A DNA stretch of 64,000 nucleotides from Octopus bimaculoides (taxonomy: Eukaryota), in the NCBI RefSeq assembly GCF_001194135.2, contig NC_069005.1, positions 16,212,916-16,276,915 on the forward strand, read 5' to 3'. Numbering within the stretch: position 1 is the first letter of the stretch; every line of letters begins with the position of its first letter. Below the pieces are notes generated by a model. That model was not told the origin of the DNA. It ran no database searches and worked only from the letters and a program-made list of their open reading frames with translations. Positions 12,961 through 24,164 of the stretch are shown here, in pieces. Position numbers and translations under genes: made by a program.

Positions 12961-13854
12961 GAACACTAAAAAAAAACCCCTTTAAGGTGATGCTCCAGCA
13001 TAGGCAGTCAAATGACTGAAACAAAAGGAAAGAATAAAAGTACCTCTTTTATGTGTGTGTGTTTATCTCCCACCACTGCCACAATTGACAACTAATGTTG
13101 GTTTGTTTACATTCACATAACAAAAGAGACTGATAGAATAAATACCAGACTTAAAAAGAAGAGTAAGTAGCAGTGCCCCAGCATGGACTGCAGCCCAATG
13201 ACTGAAACCAGTAAAAGGAGAAGATCTCAAACTACTAGGTGCAAAACCTATAACAAACAAAAACTTATAACAGACTAACATTTCTGTCAAGGGAGGTGAT
13301 ATTACTCAATCAATCAATTTGGTGAAAGCCCGAAATAAATGCTAGCATATATTATATTACAGTACAAAGGGGCAACACAGAAATCTCCATACAGTTGCTT
13401 GGACTGCCAAAAGCTGCAGCCAAATTCCTTTAAATCACAAATAGGAAAAAAACGTTGCTATTCAAGGGCAACAATCATGCTACACAGTGTTATCTGTTCT
13501 TCTCTGTGTCTCCTCTTCTTTCTGATCATGTCATGTCTCTTCTGTCTAGAGCACTGGTTTCCCAATCTTTTCTAAGTCCTACACCTCTTGGAAATATTGG
13601 TTGTCACAAATTCATTTTCTTTTTTTCTTTTTTTTTTTTTTTTCACTCAAGACCTGGTGATTTCTACTGCCAAGAAGGAGGGAGGGTAAGTTGATTACAT
13701 CAACCCCAGTGTTCAACTGATATTTTTTTTATTGACCCTGAAAGGGATGAAAGGCAAAGTCAACCTTCACAGAATTTGAACCCAGAATGTAAAGACAGAC
13801 AAAATACCACTAAGCATTTTACTCGGCATGCTAACTATTCTGCCAGTTCACTTT

Positions 13855-14153
13855 TTGAAGGAGAATATATTATTGAAGGAGAATATATCATTGAAGGAGA
13901 ATATATCATTGAAGGAGAATATATCATTGAAGGAGAATATATTATTGAAGGAGAATATATTATTGAAGGAGAATATATTATTGAAGGANNNNNNNNNNAG
14001 AATATATCATTGAAGGAGAATATATCATTGAAGGAGAATATATTATTGAAGGAGAATATATTATTGAAGGAGAATATATTATTGAAGGAGAATATATTAT
14101 TGAAGGAGAATATATCATTGAAGGAGAATATATTATTGAAGGGGAATATATTA
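13855..14153 (+). repeat. 18-bp minisatellite TTGAAGGAGAATATAT(C/T)A, at least 16 units, interrupted by a 10-N gap
   Basis: Units counted directly. Essentially one variable C/T position; the last unit has A>G. Confidence 0.97.
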
Positions 14154-14989
14154 TTATTATTCAATAGTTGTTGACTCAACGACTATTGCTAAGGTTGCAA
14201 AATGCAACAAAAATTTTAGTAAAATAAATAAGTAAATGAGTGGAAACTTTACCAGTGAGTGTGTTAAATAATAAGGCACTAAAAGAGAATGACTTTCCCC
14301 AGGCACAACAAAATTATTATTGACAGATATGTTAAAATTGTTGATGAAAAATAAAATAAATGAGAAAAGGAAAACCTAAATAGGGCTATAGTAGAAGACA
14401 CTTGTCCAAGGTATCATGCAGTGGGACTGAACTTGAACTCATGCAGCTGGGAAGTAAACTTCTTACTACACAGCAACGTCTGCACACACACAATTACTTA
14501 ATCAGATTTGGAAGGCTGTTGTCTGCCCCATTTTCAGGACACTCTAAATTAGCAAGGAAAAGGAAGTTATTCTCCAGCAAGAGACGGAATCTGAAATACT
14601 TGCAATGGAGAGGTCTTTGTTAAAGACACCCAAGGGCCAAATGGTGGTGTTAAACCATACAATAGAATAAGCCAAATACAGCTATAGTTCATCCTATGAA
14701 CTTCCATTCAGTTTCCATTTACTAAATTTAACTCTAAACATTGAAGTCAATCCAAGATTGCAAAATACTTGCCCAACGTACACCATAATAGGACTGAACC
14801 CAATGCCATATCTTACTAAATAAGTTTCTTTGTCCTACTGTGTAGTCAAAGCTGTGTGTTCAGGAATTTTGCTGTGCAACCTTAAGATTTCAGCTTTGGT
14901 CCCATTGCACGGCATCATGGCCAAATTCTTTTCTACTATAGCTTTGGGTTGACCAATACCTTGTGAGCAAAATTTGGCAGTTATGTGTG

Positions 14990-15500
14990 AAGGCTTGTGT
15001 GTGTACACATGTGCATGTTACATGAGAATGTGTTCACATGTGTGCATGTTATGTGTGTGCACTTCATGTGTAAAGGCTTGTGTGTGTACACATGTGAATG
15101 TTACATGAGAGTGTGTGTGTGTACACATGTGCATATTACATGAGAATGTGTGCATATGTGTGCACAAGCATGCATGTGGACAAGTGTGCATGTCATGTGT
15201 GTACACATGTGCATGTTATGTGTGTACACATGTGCATGTTATGTGAGTGTGTATGTGCCTGTGTACATGTGTGCATGTGCACATGAGTGCATGTTATAAG
15301 AGTATGTATGCGCATGTTACATGTGTGTGTGCACATTTGTATGTTGTGTGAGAGGGGTGCAGGTTACATGTGAGGGCACATCAAGTGTCAGCATGCTATA
15401 CATACAGGCATGTGTGTACACATGTGCATGCATCTATGCATGAATGCATATGCATGTATGCACATGTGGGAATGTGATTGTATGTAGGTGCATGTATCTT
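14990..15500. repeat. Cryptic (TG/CA/ACAT) low-complexity satellite; similar tract at ~9830-10000
   Basis: Recurrent tgtgtacacatgtgcatgtta motifs. Confidence 0.85.
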
Positions 15501-16113
15501 CATACTGGTACCACTCAGCTCACAGTGGAAAACTTTATCCCACACAAACATAAACATTCAATTGTATGGCAGATTGTGTAAAATTGCAAAATGAAATACT
15601 TGAGAAAATGAAGGTTGGCATGAGAAAGGACAGATGACTGCCTCAACAAGTCTCAAACAACACATGCCAGTATAGAAAAACCCAGATGTTGACAATGATC
15701 ATAATGATGATCATCCTAATCCAGCTATTTATCTTGATGATGATTATGCTGATGACCCTGATAATAATTATGATGATGATTATGATGATCATGATGACTG
15801 TCTAACATACCAGTTTACCAAGCTCTAACAGACAAAAGCACATACTTCATCATATCCAGAGTCTAGAGTCATAGAAGATTCATGAAGTCAGTGAACACAA
15901 ATATATCTAAATGTCAGCCACATAACAAAAGAATAACATTTTTTTCTTGAGTAAATATCAGCATTGTGTTTCATGACATGATTCATATGAAATGCTATAT
16001 TCTTTGTCCATTAAATCTCTGATTATTGGTAAGCAGATCAGAGGTTATTATTTAAACAAACCAGAGAGCTCTTGATATGAAATATAAGAGTGCCAACAGA
16101 GAGCAGCATTCTT

Positions 16114-16195
16114 TCTATTTCTTTCTTTTTGATATGTTTTTACATCCAGTTGTATCTATTTCTTTCTTTTTGATATGTTTTTACATCCAGTTGTA
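16114..16195 (+). repeat. Perfect 41-bp tandem duplication
   Basis: tctatttctttctttttgatatgtttttacatccagttgta occurs twice (16114-16154 and 16155-16195). Confidence 0.97.
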
Positions 16196-16207
16196 TAACT
16201 ATATATA

Positions 16208-16608
16208 GGCACAGGAGTGGCTGTGTGGTAAGAAACCTGCTTCCCAACCACATGGTTCCAGGTTCAGTCCCACTACGTGGCACCTTGGGCAAGTACTTTC
16301 TACTATAGCCTCAGGCTGACAAAGCCTTATGAGTAGATTTGCTAGACAGAAACTGAAAGAAGCCCATGGTATATATATATATATCTATATATATATGTAT
16401 GTGTGTCTGTGTTTGTTCCCCCACCATCGCTTAACAACCAATGTTGATATGTTTATGTCCCTGTAACTTAGCAGTTCAGCAATAGAGACCTGTAGAATAA
16501 GTACTAGGCTTACAAAGTATAAGTCTTGGGGTTGATTTGTTCAACGAAAGCACTGCTCCATCATGGCCACAGTCAAATGACTGAAACAAGTAAAAGAATA
16601 AAAGAATA
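16208..16608 (+). mobile_element. tRNA-derived SINE family A (~400 bp); other copies ~21808-22193(-), 22750-22830(-), 28395-28668(-), 38340-38570(-), 14380-14480(-), 58440-58800(+)
   Basis: A-box-like TGGCTGTGTGGTAAG, B-box-like GGTTCAGTCCC, central (TA/TG)n, and 3' end ctccagcatggcc.cagtcaaatgactgaaacaagtaaaaga. Confidence 0.85.
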
Positions 16609-16618
16609 TATATAGACA

Positions 16619-18872
16619 CAGCAGAACCTTGCAGCATGACTGCACTCACTAATCAGTGCTGAGCTTGCACACGCTCTCCCAACAAGTGCAGCCTCTGCTT
16701 GCTCAGTTCACGTGTTTACCTTGTGGCAGCATTCCTGTTGTGTTTTTCCTCATGTTTCTTTTTAGTTTTGTGCATTTTCTGCTCTTCTTTTATTATAATT
16801 AGTTGTGTTAGCCATGGGTCCTATGAAGGTTAGTGCAAGGGACAGAGCTGAGAAGAAAAAGCTGATTACAATAGAATTGAAGAAGGAAATCATTGTAAAA
16901 CATGAGAGAGGAGTGCATGTAGTGGACATAACATGTCAATACAACCGAAACACATCAATGCACCATCCAGGAGAAGAAGGACAAGATCAAGGCCATTACA
17001 ACAGCAAACTGTGTCTCCAGGCTCTCCAAGTAACGCACATCTGTCCACAAAGAGATGGAAAAATTGCTTCTCCTGTGGATCAACAAGAAGCAACTCACAG
17101 GGGATATGATTATGGAGACCATCATCTGCAAGAAAGCACAAGCATTGTATGGGGATCTTCTGAAGCAGAACCCTGGAACATCGACAGAGGAGACATCAGC
17201 AGATACATTTAAGGATGGTTGCTGCTGGTTAGATAATTTCAAGAAGAGGACTGGTGTTTATAGTGTTGTCAAGTATAGATAAGCAGTGAGTTCTGACACT
17301 AAGGCAGCAAAAGATTTTGTGTGTGAGTTCCATCAGCTCATCACACCCAAAGGGTACATCGCACAACAGGTATTCAACTGTGACGAAACTGGCCTCTTTA
17401 GGAAAAAAATAGCCAGAAGAACCTATATAACTGCAGAGGAGAAGAAAATGCCAGACCACAAGCTTATGAAAGATAGGTTAACTCTCACTCTTTGTGCCAA
17501 TGTGAGTGACTTGAAGATTAAACCATTCCTTGTCTACCATTCCAAAAATCCACAAGTGTTCAAGTCACACAAAATCCTGAAAGAAAATCTGCAGGTCATG
17601 TGGAGGGCAAATATTAAAGCCTGGGTCACCAGGCAATTCTTCACTGAGTGGGTCAACCTTATTTTCAGACCAGTGGTGATAAAACTATTTTCTGGGGAGC
17701 AATCTTCCTCTCAAGGCCCTCTTCATCCTCGACAACGCTCCTGCTCACTCTCCTAACTTCGAAGATGATATCCTGGACGAATTTAGATTCATGAAAGTTC
17801 TATTCTATTCATGCAACATCATCCCTATCTTGCAGCCCATAGACCAACAAGTGATTTCTAATTTTAAGGAATTGTACATCAAACACCTATTTCATCAATG
17901 CTTTGAAGTCACCAAAAATGCAAATCTAACCTTTCATGAATTTTGGAAGGAGCACCACAACATTGTTAACTTCCTGAAAATCATCAATATGGCCTGGCAG
18001 GGTGTAACAAGAACACTGAATTCTGCATGGAGGAAACTGTGGCCTTACTGCATATCTGAAAGAGACTTCAAGGGGTTTGAGTCTGAGACACTATCTCAGA
18101 CACTATCTCCTTGACTACTGAGTCAAGGAGATAGTGTCTCTTGGCAAATCCATGAGCTTTGAGATTGATGATGGGAACAGTAATGACCTCATCAAGGAAC
18201 AATCAGAGGAACTGATAACAGATGAACTTCTGCAACTTCAGGTGCAGCAGCATTCGGATGCAATGGAAGAGACTGGTTCCCCGGAGGAGGGCAATGTAGT
18301 GGAGAAGGCTATCTCTACAAGTGGATTTGTAGAAAATATCCTGAAAAAGTATCGACAGGTTGTGCAGCTGCTTTATTTAATGATACTGCTCTGGCACATT
18401 TTCTTAACATTTTGAAAGGCTTCTCTTGATATGTTTCTAATAATACGATTTGCAAGTGTGAAAAGTGAAGAAAGTGTGTCCAAAAAGCCTAAATTAAGCA
18501 AAGTGAGACAGAAAATATCAGAAATTTTTCTTCCTGAAATCTTAATGGAAGGATATTCTCCTTCCAAACAATAATCCTTCTCCCAACTCCTTTGTCTTCC
18601 TTACACACAAATCGTCCCATCTTTAAGGTAATTAAATTTACATATTTCTTCTGCGTTCTCTTTTATTATATTTTTAAAATTGTCATTTTTCTAATAACTG
18701 CAACTCTTGTTTTAAAATCCATAAAAAATTATTTTTGGGGTGGTTTTGTAGGGGCTGAAACAGGTTAATTATATTTTAATTAATTTCAATGGGGGAAATT
18801 GATTTGTGAAATGAGTAAATCATAAAACGAGCTCGGTCGTGGAATGAATTAAACTTGTACTGCGAGGTATCA
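16619..18872 (+). mobile_element. Tigger/pogo-like (CENP-B type) DNA transposon fossil, near full length
   Basis: HTH ITIELKKEII, CENP-B domain MEKLLLLWINKKQL, and DDE region QVFNCDETGLF..KDRLTL..WRANIKAWVT..LQPIDQQVISNFK, spread over several frames. Degenerate terminal IRs (acct.gcag.a). Confidence 0.92.
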
Positions 18873-19170
18873 GAGTGTGTGTGTGTGTGCGTGCGTGCGT
18901 GTGTGTGTAAAAAAACTTAATTCCCTACTATGACACACCACTCTGATCTTAGTTTGCTTGATGCTTTCATCATCCACCTCGCAACAGTTTTTCTCCTACA
19001 ACTCCTCAAGACATTTTTCCCCATCCTACTCCCGAACTGTGCTGCTCTTTTGACAATCCTCTCTTACCCAACCAGTCTAACCAATAAACCTAGATGCCAG
19101 CATTACTTCATGAAACAAAATGTTTCTTTTAACCAACACTTGATGACAGGGTAACAACTTTTGCAGCAGG

Positions 19171-19590
19171 GTCATACCCAGTTGTCCCTTGCCAGTGACT
19201 GAGCGAGTTCCTACCTGGCCAGCCCTCAACAGTGAGCTCACTTTCACCAGGCTCGCCCTCAGTGGAGATCTAGCTCACACTCACCCAGCCCTCGGCAGTG
19301 ACCTTGCTCACACTTGACTTGTCCTTGGTAGTGACCTCACTCATACCCAATTGGCTCTCAGAAGCCACTTTGCTTGCACCCAGCCAATCCTCAGTAGCAG
19401 GCCTGCTCACAACCAATCAACATTCAGTCAAGTTTGGTCACACCCAAACTTGACAACGTTTGGGTGTGAATGAAGGGACCAAACTTGCTGCTGGCCCCCT
19501 CAGCAGCAAGTTCCATCACACTCAGCAACAAGTCACACCCAGCCAACAAACAGCAGCAAGTTCAGTTGCAGCTGACACTTAACAAGGTCA
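19171..19590 (+). repeat. Degenerate GC-rich 33-bp tandem repeat
   Basis: Recurrent ctcacacccagcc..ctc.gcagtgacc motif. The frame starting at 19171 gives an 11-aa periodicity (xPALGSDLAHT). Confidence 0.7.
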
Positions 19591-20818
19591 CAACCAACAC
19601 TTTTTGTCAGATTTTGAAGTTATTTGTTATTGTTGGTTTTAACCATTGAGAGTTCATTGTCTCTACAAAACAGTGCCACACTAGAGATGGAATATATACA
19701 AATGATTCTTCAGTCAGTTGCTAACTTTTACTAATTATTAGATTCTCATCCCAAGCTCAACATAAACAGCTTTCCTAAGCATTAGAATTTTGGTTTATAA
19801 TGAGTTGGTGAAATATAGTTTTTGAATGTTGAGTCTCATGAAGGTGATGACAAGTGACCGAAACTTTAGGCGATTTGCTGTGCTTGCAAAGATACATCAA
19901 GCTAAGTGCAATCATGGTCATGAGCAGTACTGGTAGCACAAAAAAGGCACCTGTGCCAGTGACACGTAAACAACACCCACTACCCTCTTGGAGTAGTTGG
20001 TATTAGGAAGGGCATCCAGCTGTAGAAACCAAACCAAACCAGACTGGAGCCTGGCACAGCTCTCCAGCTAACCAGCTCCAGTCAAACCATCTTACCCATG
20101 CCAACACAGAGAACAGCTGCCAAGAGATGATGATGATGATGATCACTTTATTTCAATTTTTTTATTTTGATATAAAATGTTAAATTGATAAAACCATGGA
20201 ATTTCCCTATACCAAATTCTGGAAGAGGCAACTAAGTAAAATAAAATCTAAACAAATACAATCTCAAATTAATAAAGAGACTTGAAAGCCGCTTGCTCGT
20301 TTGTGCAAATGCTGTCAGTTGAAAGCTCCATATATTAAATGCCAGTAGGTTTTAGGGGCCATCAGGAGAGAATGCATACCAATTTGGGGCCTTCCTTTTG
20401 ACAGCTTTACAGCTCACTGGTCCCACCTCACTGGTGTGAGGACCCTGTCTGCTTGATAAACTAACTAGAATTCAATCTTAAGTCCCATCTCAGGATCATC
20501 ACCACCATTCAAGTTGTGGAGTCATGCAGGTCTGACTTACCTCACACCCAAAACACATCACCTCTCCAGCCAAGTTTCATCATTCTTTTTCAACCATCCC
20601 AGATGGCCACAGCCTAATGACTGAAACAAGTAAAACATAAAATGTATCCAATGGCAGGCTCTCTTTTATTCTTCTTTTTTAGAATTCTGATTCAAGTTAG
20701 AATTTACTGAAACATGTTGTTTTTTTTTTATCAATTTCAAATTTCCAAATGCAAAATACAAACAAATTAAAATATTTGAATCAAAATTCTCAACTCAGCA
20801 CACAATACAATATCACTC

Positions 20819-20920
20819 CTTCAATGCTACATACAATGCCACATACTTCAATGCTACATACAATAAATACCACACTTCAATGCTACATACAACACCACAT
20901 ACTTCAATGCTACGTACATA
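20819..20920 (+). repeat. 27-29-bp tandem repeat, 4 units
   Basis: Core cttcaatgctacatacaa at ~20819, 20846, 20875 and 20902. Confidence 0.9.
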
Positions 20921-22029
20921 TTACAGACACTACATGACAATACCTCTAGTTGCACTGATGGCAATGTACAGCTGGTTTCGTGAGCAGTGTATATCAAATG
21001 TACATGCTCACATGGTTTGCTAAGAACCTTCAGACAGAAAAATGTATGAAATGAGAAAGAGTACCTTGTGGCAGCTGCATAACTCTTGCTTCTTAGGTAA
21101 GGAGGAGGGTATACTTGTGACTAAAGACAGATGATTTAAAGATAATCAGATTAAATTTCATAATAGCAAAAGACTTAATCCAAAATCTAAGCAAGCTAAT
21201 AATTTTTTTTTTTCTCGGCCCTCCTTTTTTTTTACCACAAAGTAATTATTTAAGGATTTTTCCTCAGTTGCCCTACTAGCTACATAAAATGAAGTCTATA
21301 TAACAGTTGGTGCATGTTTTAAACAGTAAAAACTGATGCTACCAAATCATCATCAGTTCTCTGTGTAACCAAGTCTTGACTGTTCATTGTTCGGTGAAGA
21401 TGGGAATTTTCAGCTTGCCTGTAAACAGATGAAGCTTGAATATGGCTGAAAAGGAATGGCAAAACCTGGTTGGAGAGGCGATGTGTGAACGTGAGATAGG
21501 TACCTGTTTGCCTATATGGCAAGTCAAACCTGCATGACTCCCCAATTTGAATGGTGGTGATGATCCAGAAGTGGACTTATGATCCAATAAGTGATGGGAC
21601 CTTACATCAGTGAAGTGGGGTCAGTGCACTGTAAATTTGTCGAATGGTGTCCTGATGACCCTGGTACCTACTGACATCTGGTATATAGGGCCAGTTCCCT
21701 GGTTTCTCTGCCATACGTATTTTCCACACCTGGATGGGATGCCAGTCCATCACATGATTGCTCATTTTTACCAGCTGAGTGAACTGGAGCAACATGAAAT
21801 GAAGAGGTTTACTCTTTTACTCTTACTCGTTTCAGTCTTTTGACTGTGGCCATGCTGGAGCACCACCTTTAGTCGAGCAAATCGACCCCAGGGCTTATTC
21901 TTTAGAAGCCTAGTACTTATTCTATCGGTCTCTTTTGCCGAACCGCTAAGTTACGGGGACATAAACACACCAGCATCGATTGTCAAGCGATGTTGGGGGG
22001 ACAAACACAGACACACAAACACATACACA

Positions 22030-22067
<38 letters not shown>

Positions 22068-22849
22068 TACGACAGGCTTCTTTCAGTTTCCGTCTACCAA
22101 ATCTACTCACAAGGCTTTGGTCAGCCCGAGGCTATAGTAGAAGACACATGTAGTTGGTAAGCAAGCTACTTACCACACAGCCACTCCTATGCCAAGATCA
22201 AAACACATCATTCAGTCCAGGAATCAAAACCAGTCTTACAGTCCTGAGTCCAACATCCTAACTACTAAGCTATGTGCCTCCACCCTCAAATAGAATACCT
22301 TGTATTATTTGTTGCAGCTTTCTGTGCACTGTCAATTTTGTCCATTATCCCTTCAGAGGTCAATAAATAAAGTATCAGGTCAGGTTAGTGGATGAGCAGA
22401 ATGTTAGAGATGCCTTGCAGTATCTATTTCAGCTCTGTGAGGTCTGAGTTAAAATCTTGCCCCCTGTCCACTGGGAAAGTAAAAGAGGTCCTCCTTTGAA
22501 ACTTGGAAAAAATAGTGGCAGGCCTTGGTAAATCCTTAAGCAAGTGTCCAAGTATTTTGGTTGACCATTCTCAATGCCAACATTTTTCCACCTGCCAGAT
22601 AGCCAACAAATGAGAAAGGAAAAAAAATACTTTCAGAGCCCCAACAAACAAATGAACATTATTAGTCGTCATTTTAACAGGTGGAAATGAAAATCCATTC
22701 CAGCAGTTCTGAATGTATATGATATGCCACTAAAGAAAAAAAATACTAATACAGTAGAAGACACTTGCCCAAGGTGCCACGCAGTGGGACTGAACCCGGA
22801 ACCATGTGGTTGGTAAGCAAGCTATATTTTTTTTTCATAATTATTTCAA

Positions 22850-24074
22850 AATATCTATATTTTATTTTTAAAATATCCAAATTGTAATGATAATAGAATT
22901 TCGAACTGAAAATCTATCAATCTTGAAGCACCTCAGGGTAAACAACATTTGTTGTGTAATTTTTTGTTGGTGTCCAAAGTTGCTGCTTCCAATTCTTGAG
23001 CAACCAACATAGAGTTGGCCATGGGAGAAGCATGTAGTAGAGAGATGAAGTCCAACTACCTTGAGAGATTGACCTTGATATTTGTTAATTGAAATACCAA
23101 AACTTAGTTTGACTGGAAACTGAAGCCTCTTAAATTCAAACGAAACATCTGTAGGTATGAGAGGAAATTTTGGAATAAAGAGAATTTCTTTTTTCTGACT
23201 ACCTGTTATGATTGTTGCCTGTAGGACATGAGGCTTCATGGAAGTAACAATTGAGTTCCATTACACAGGCAAGGTGGGTCAAGATTCCTAAGCAACATAA
23301 TGGGAGCATCCAGCTTTAGTGTCAAGTTATGTGGTGGCATCCAAGTGGGTTTAAGTGTTTTCAGAAATTCAACAGGGTATTGAACAGCCTGATGTTGATA
23401 GACTGTTGTGTGAATTGATGGAAGAATTATTTCTAATGTATCTTAACTTTTGAAGTTCATGATTGGGTTTATCAAGCATTTCATTAATTGGAGCCAGTAT
23501 AGCTCTTTCACATAGCCAGTTTACATAGCCAGTAAATGACAATCACGCATACACTCACACACACAGACATACATATACTAAGACAGGTACACACTGACAT
23601 ATTTACATAACGAACACACAAACGCACACTCACAGACCCATACACACTCATATCCAAAATGTGTCTTGGTGGTATAAAATGTCCTTTACTATGTCGTACG
23701 TAAAGAATGCACAAACACTCACAGACACATAGTTATGCATAAAATGTGTCGCCATCACAATATGAAATGTCCTTTACTATGTTGTACTTAACGAATGCGC
23801 ACACACACACACATACACATTGACAGACACATACACACATATACAAAATGTGACGTCATTGTATGAAATTTCCTTTACTATAGTTGACTACAGAAAGATT
23901 ATTTTCAAGAGAAGGTGATATCGTTTTCATCCAAATGAAAATAAAAGTTACATGTTGACACTTACAGGGTGTAATACTATTACGTTGTAAAATTTGATTT
24001 GATTTGGTGGAGCCGTTTGAGAATGCATGGGGAACAGACAGAGAGGCAGACAAAGAATTTTATATATTGAGAGA
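22850..24074 (-). mobile_element. Helitron derivative B: 5' terminus at 24074 plus helicase C-terminal remnant
   Basis: Minus strand begins TCTCTCAATATATAAAATTCTTTGTC. ORF 22868-23239 reads FEFKRLQFPVKLSFGISINKYQGQSLKVVGLHLSTTCFSHGQLYVGCSR (Pif1-like Helitron helicase end). 3' terminus not found. Confidence 0.8.
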
Positions 24075-24119
24075 CTAGCAAAGATACCTGGCGTTGCTTG
24101 GGATGAAAATGGTATAGTT

Positions 24120-24164
<45 letters not shown>

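Noticed and set aside
13855-14153. CRISPR-like array or (EGEYII)n protein
   Set aside because: The units are contiguous with no spacers, the context is eukaryotic, and there is no splice or homology support for coding.
16805-18415. Domesticated Tigger/CENP-B-like host gene
   Set aside because: The reading frame is broken by at least four frameshifts or stops and transposon termini remain.
20819-20920. CRISPR-like repeat-spacer pattern
   Set aside because: The 9-11-nt spacers are related to each other; this is an ordinary degenerate minisatellite.
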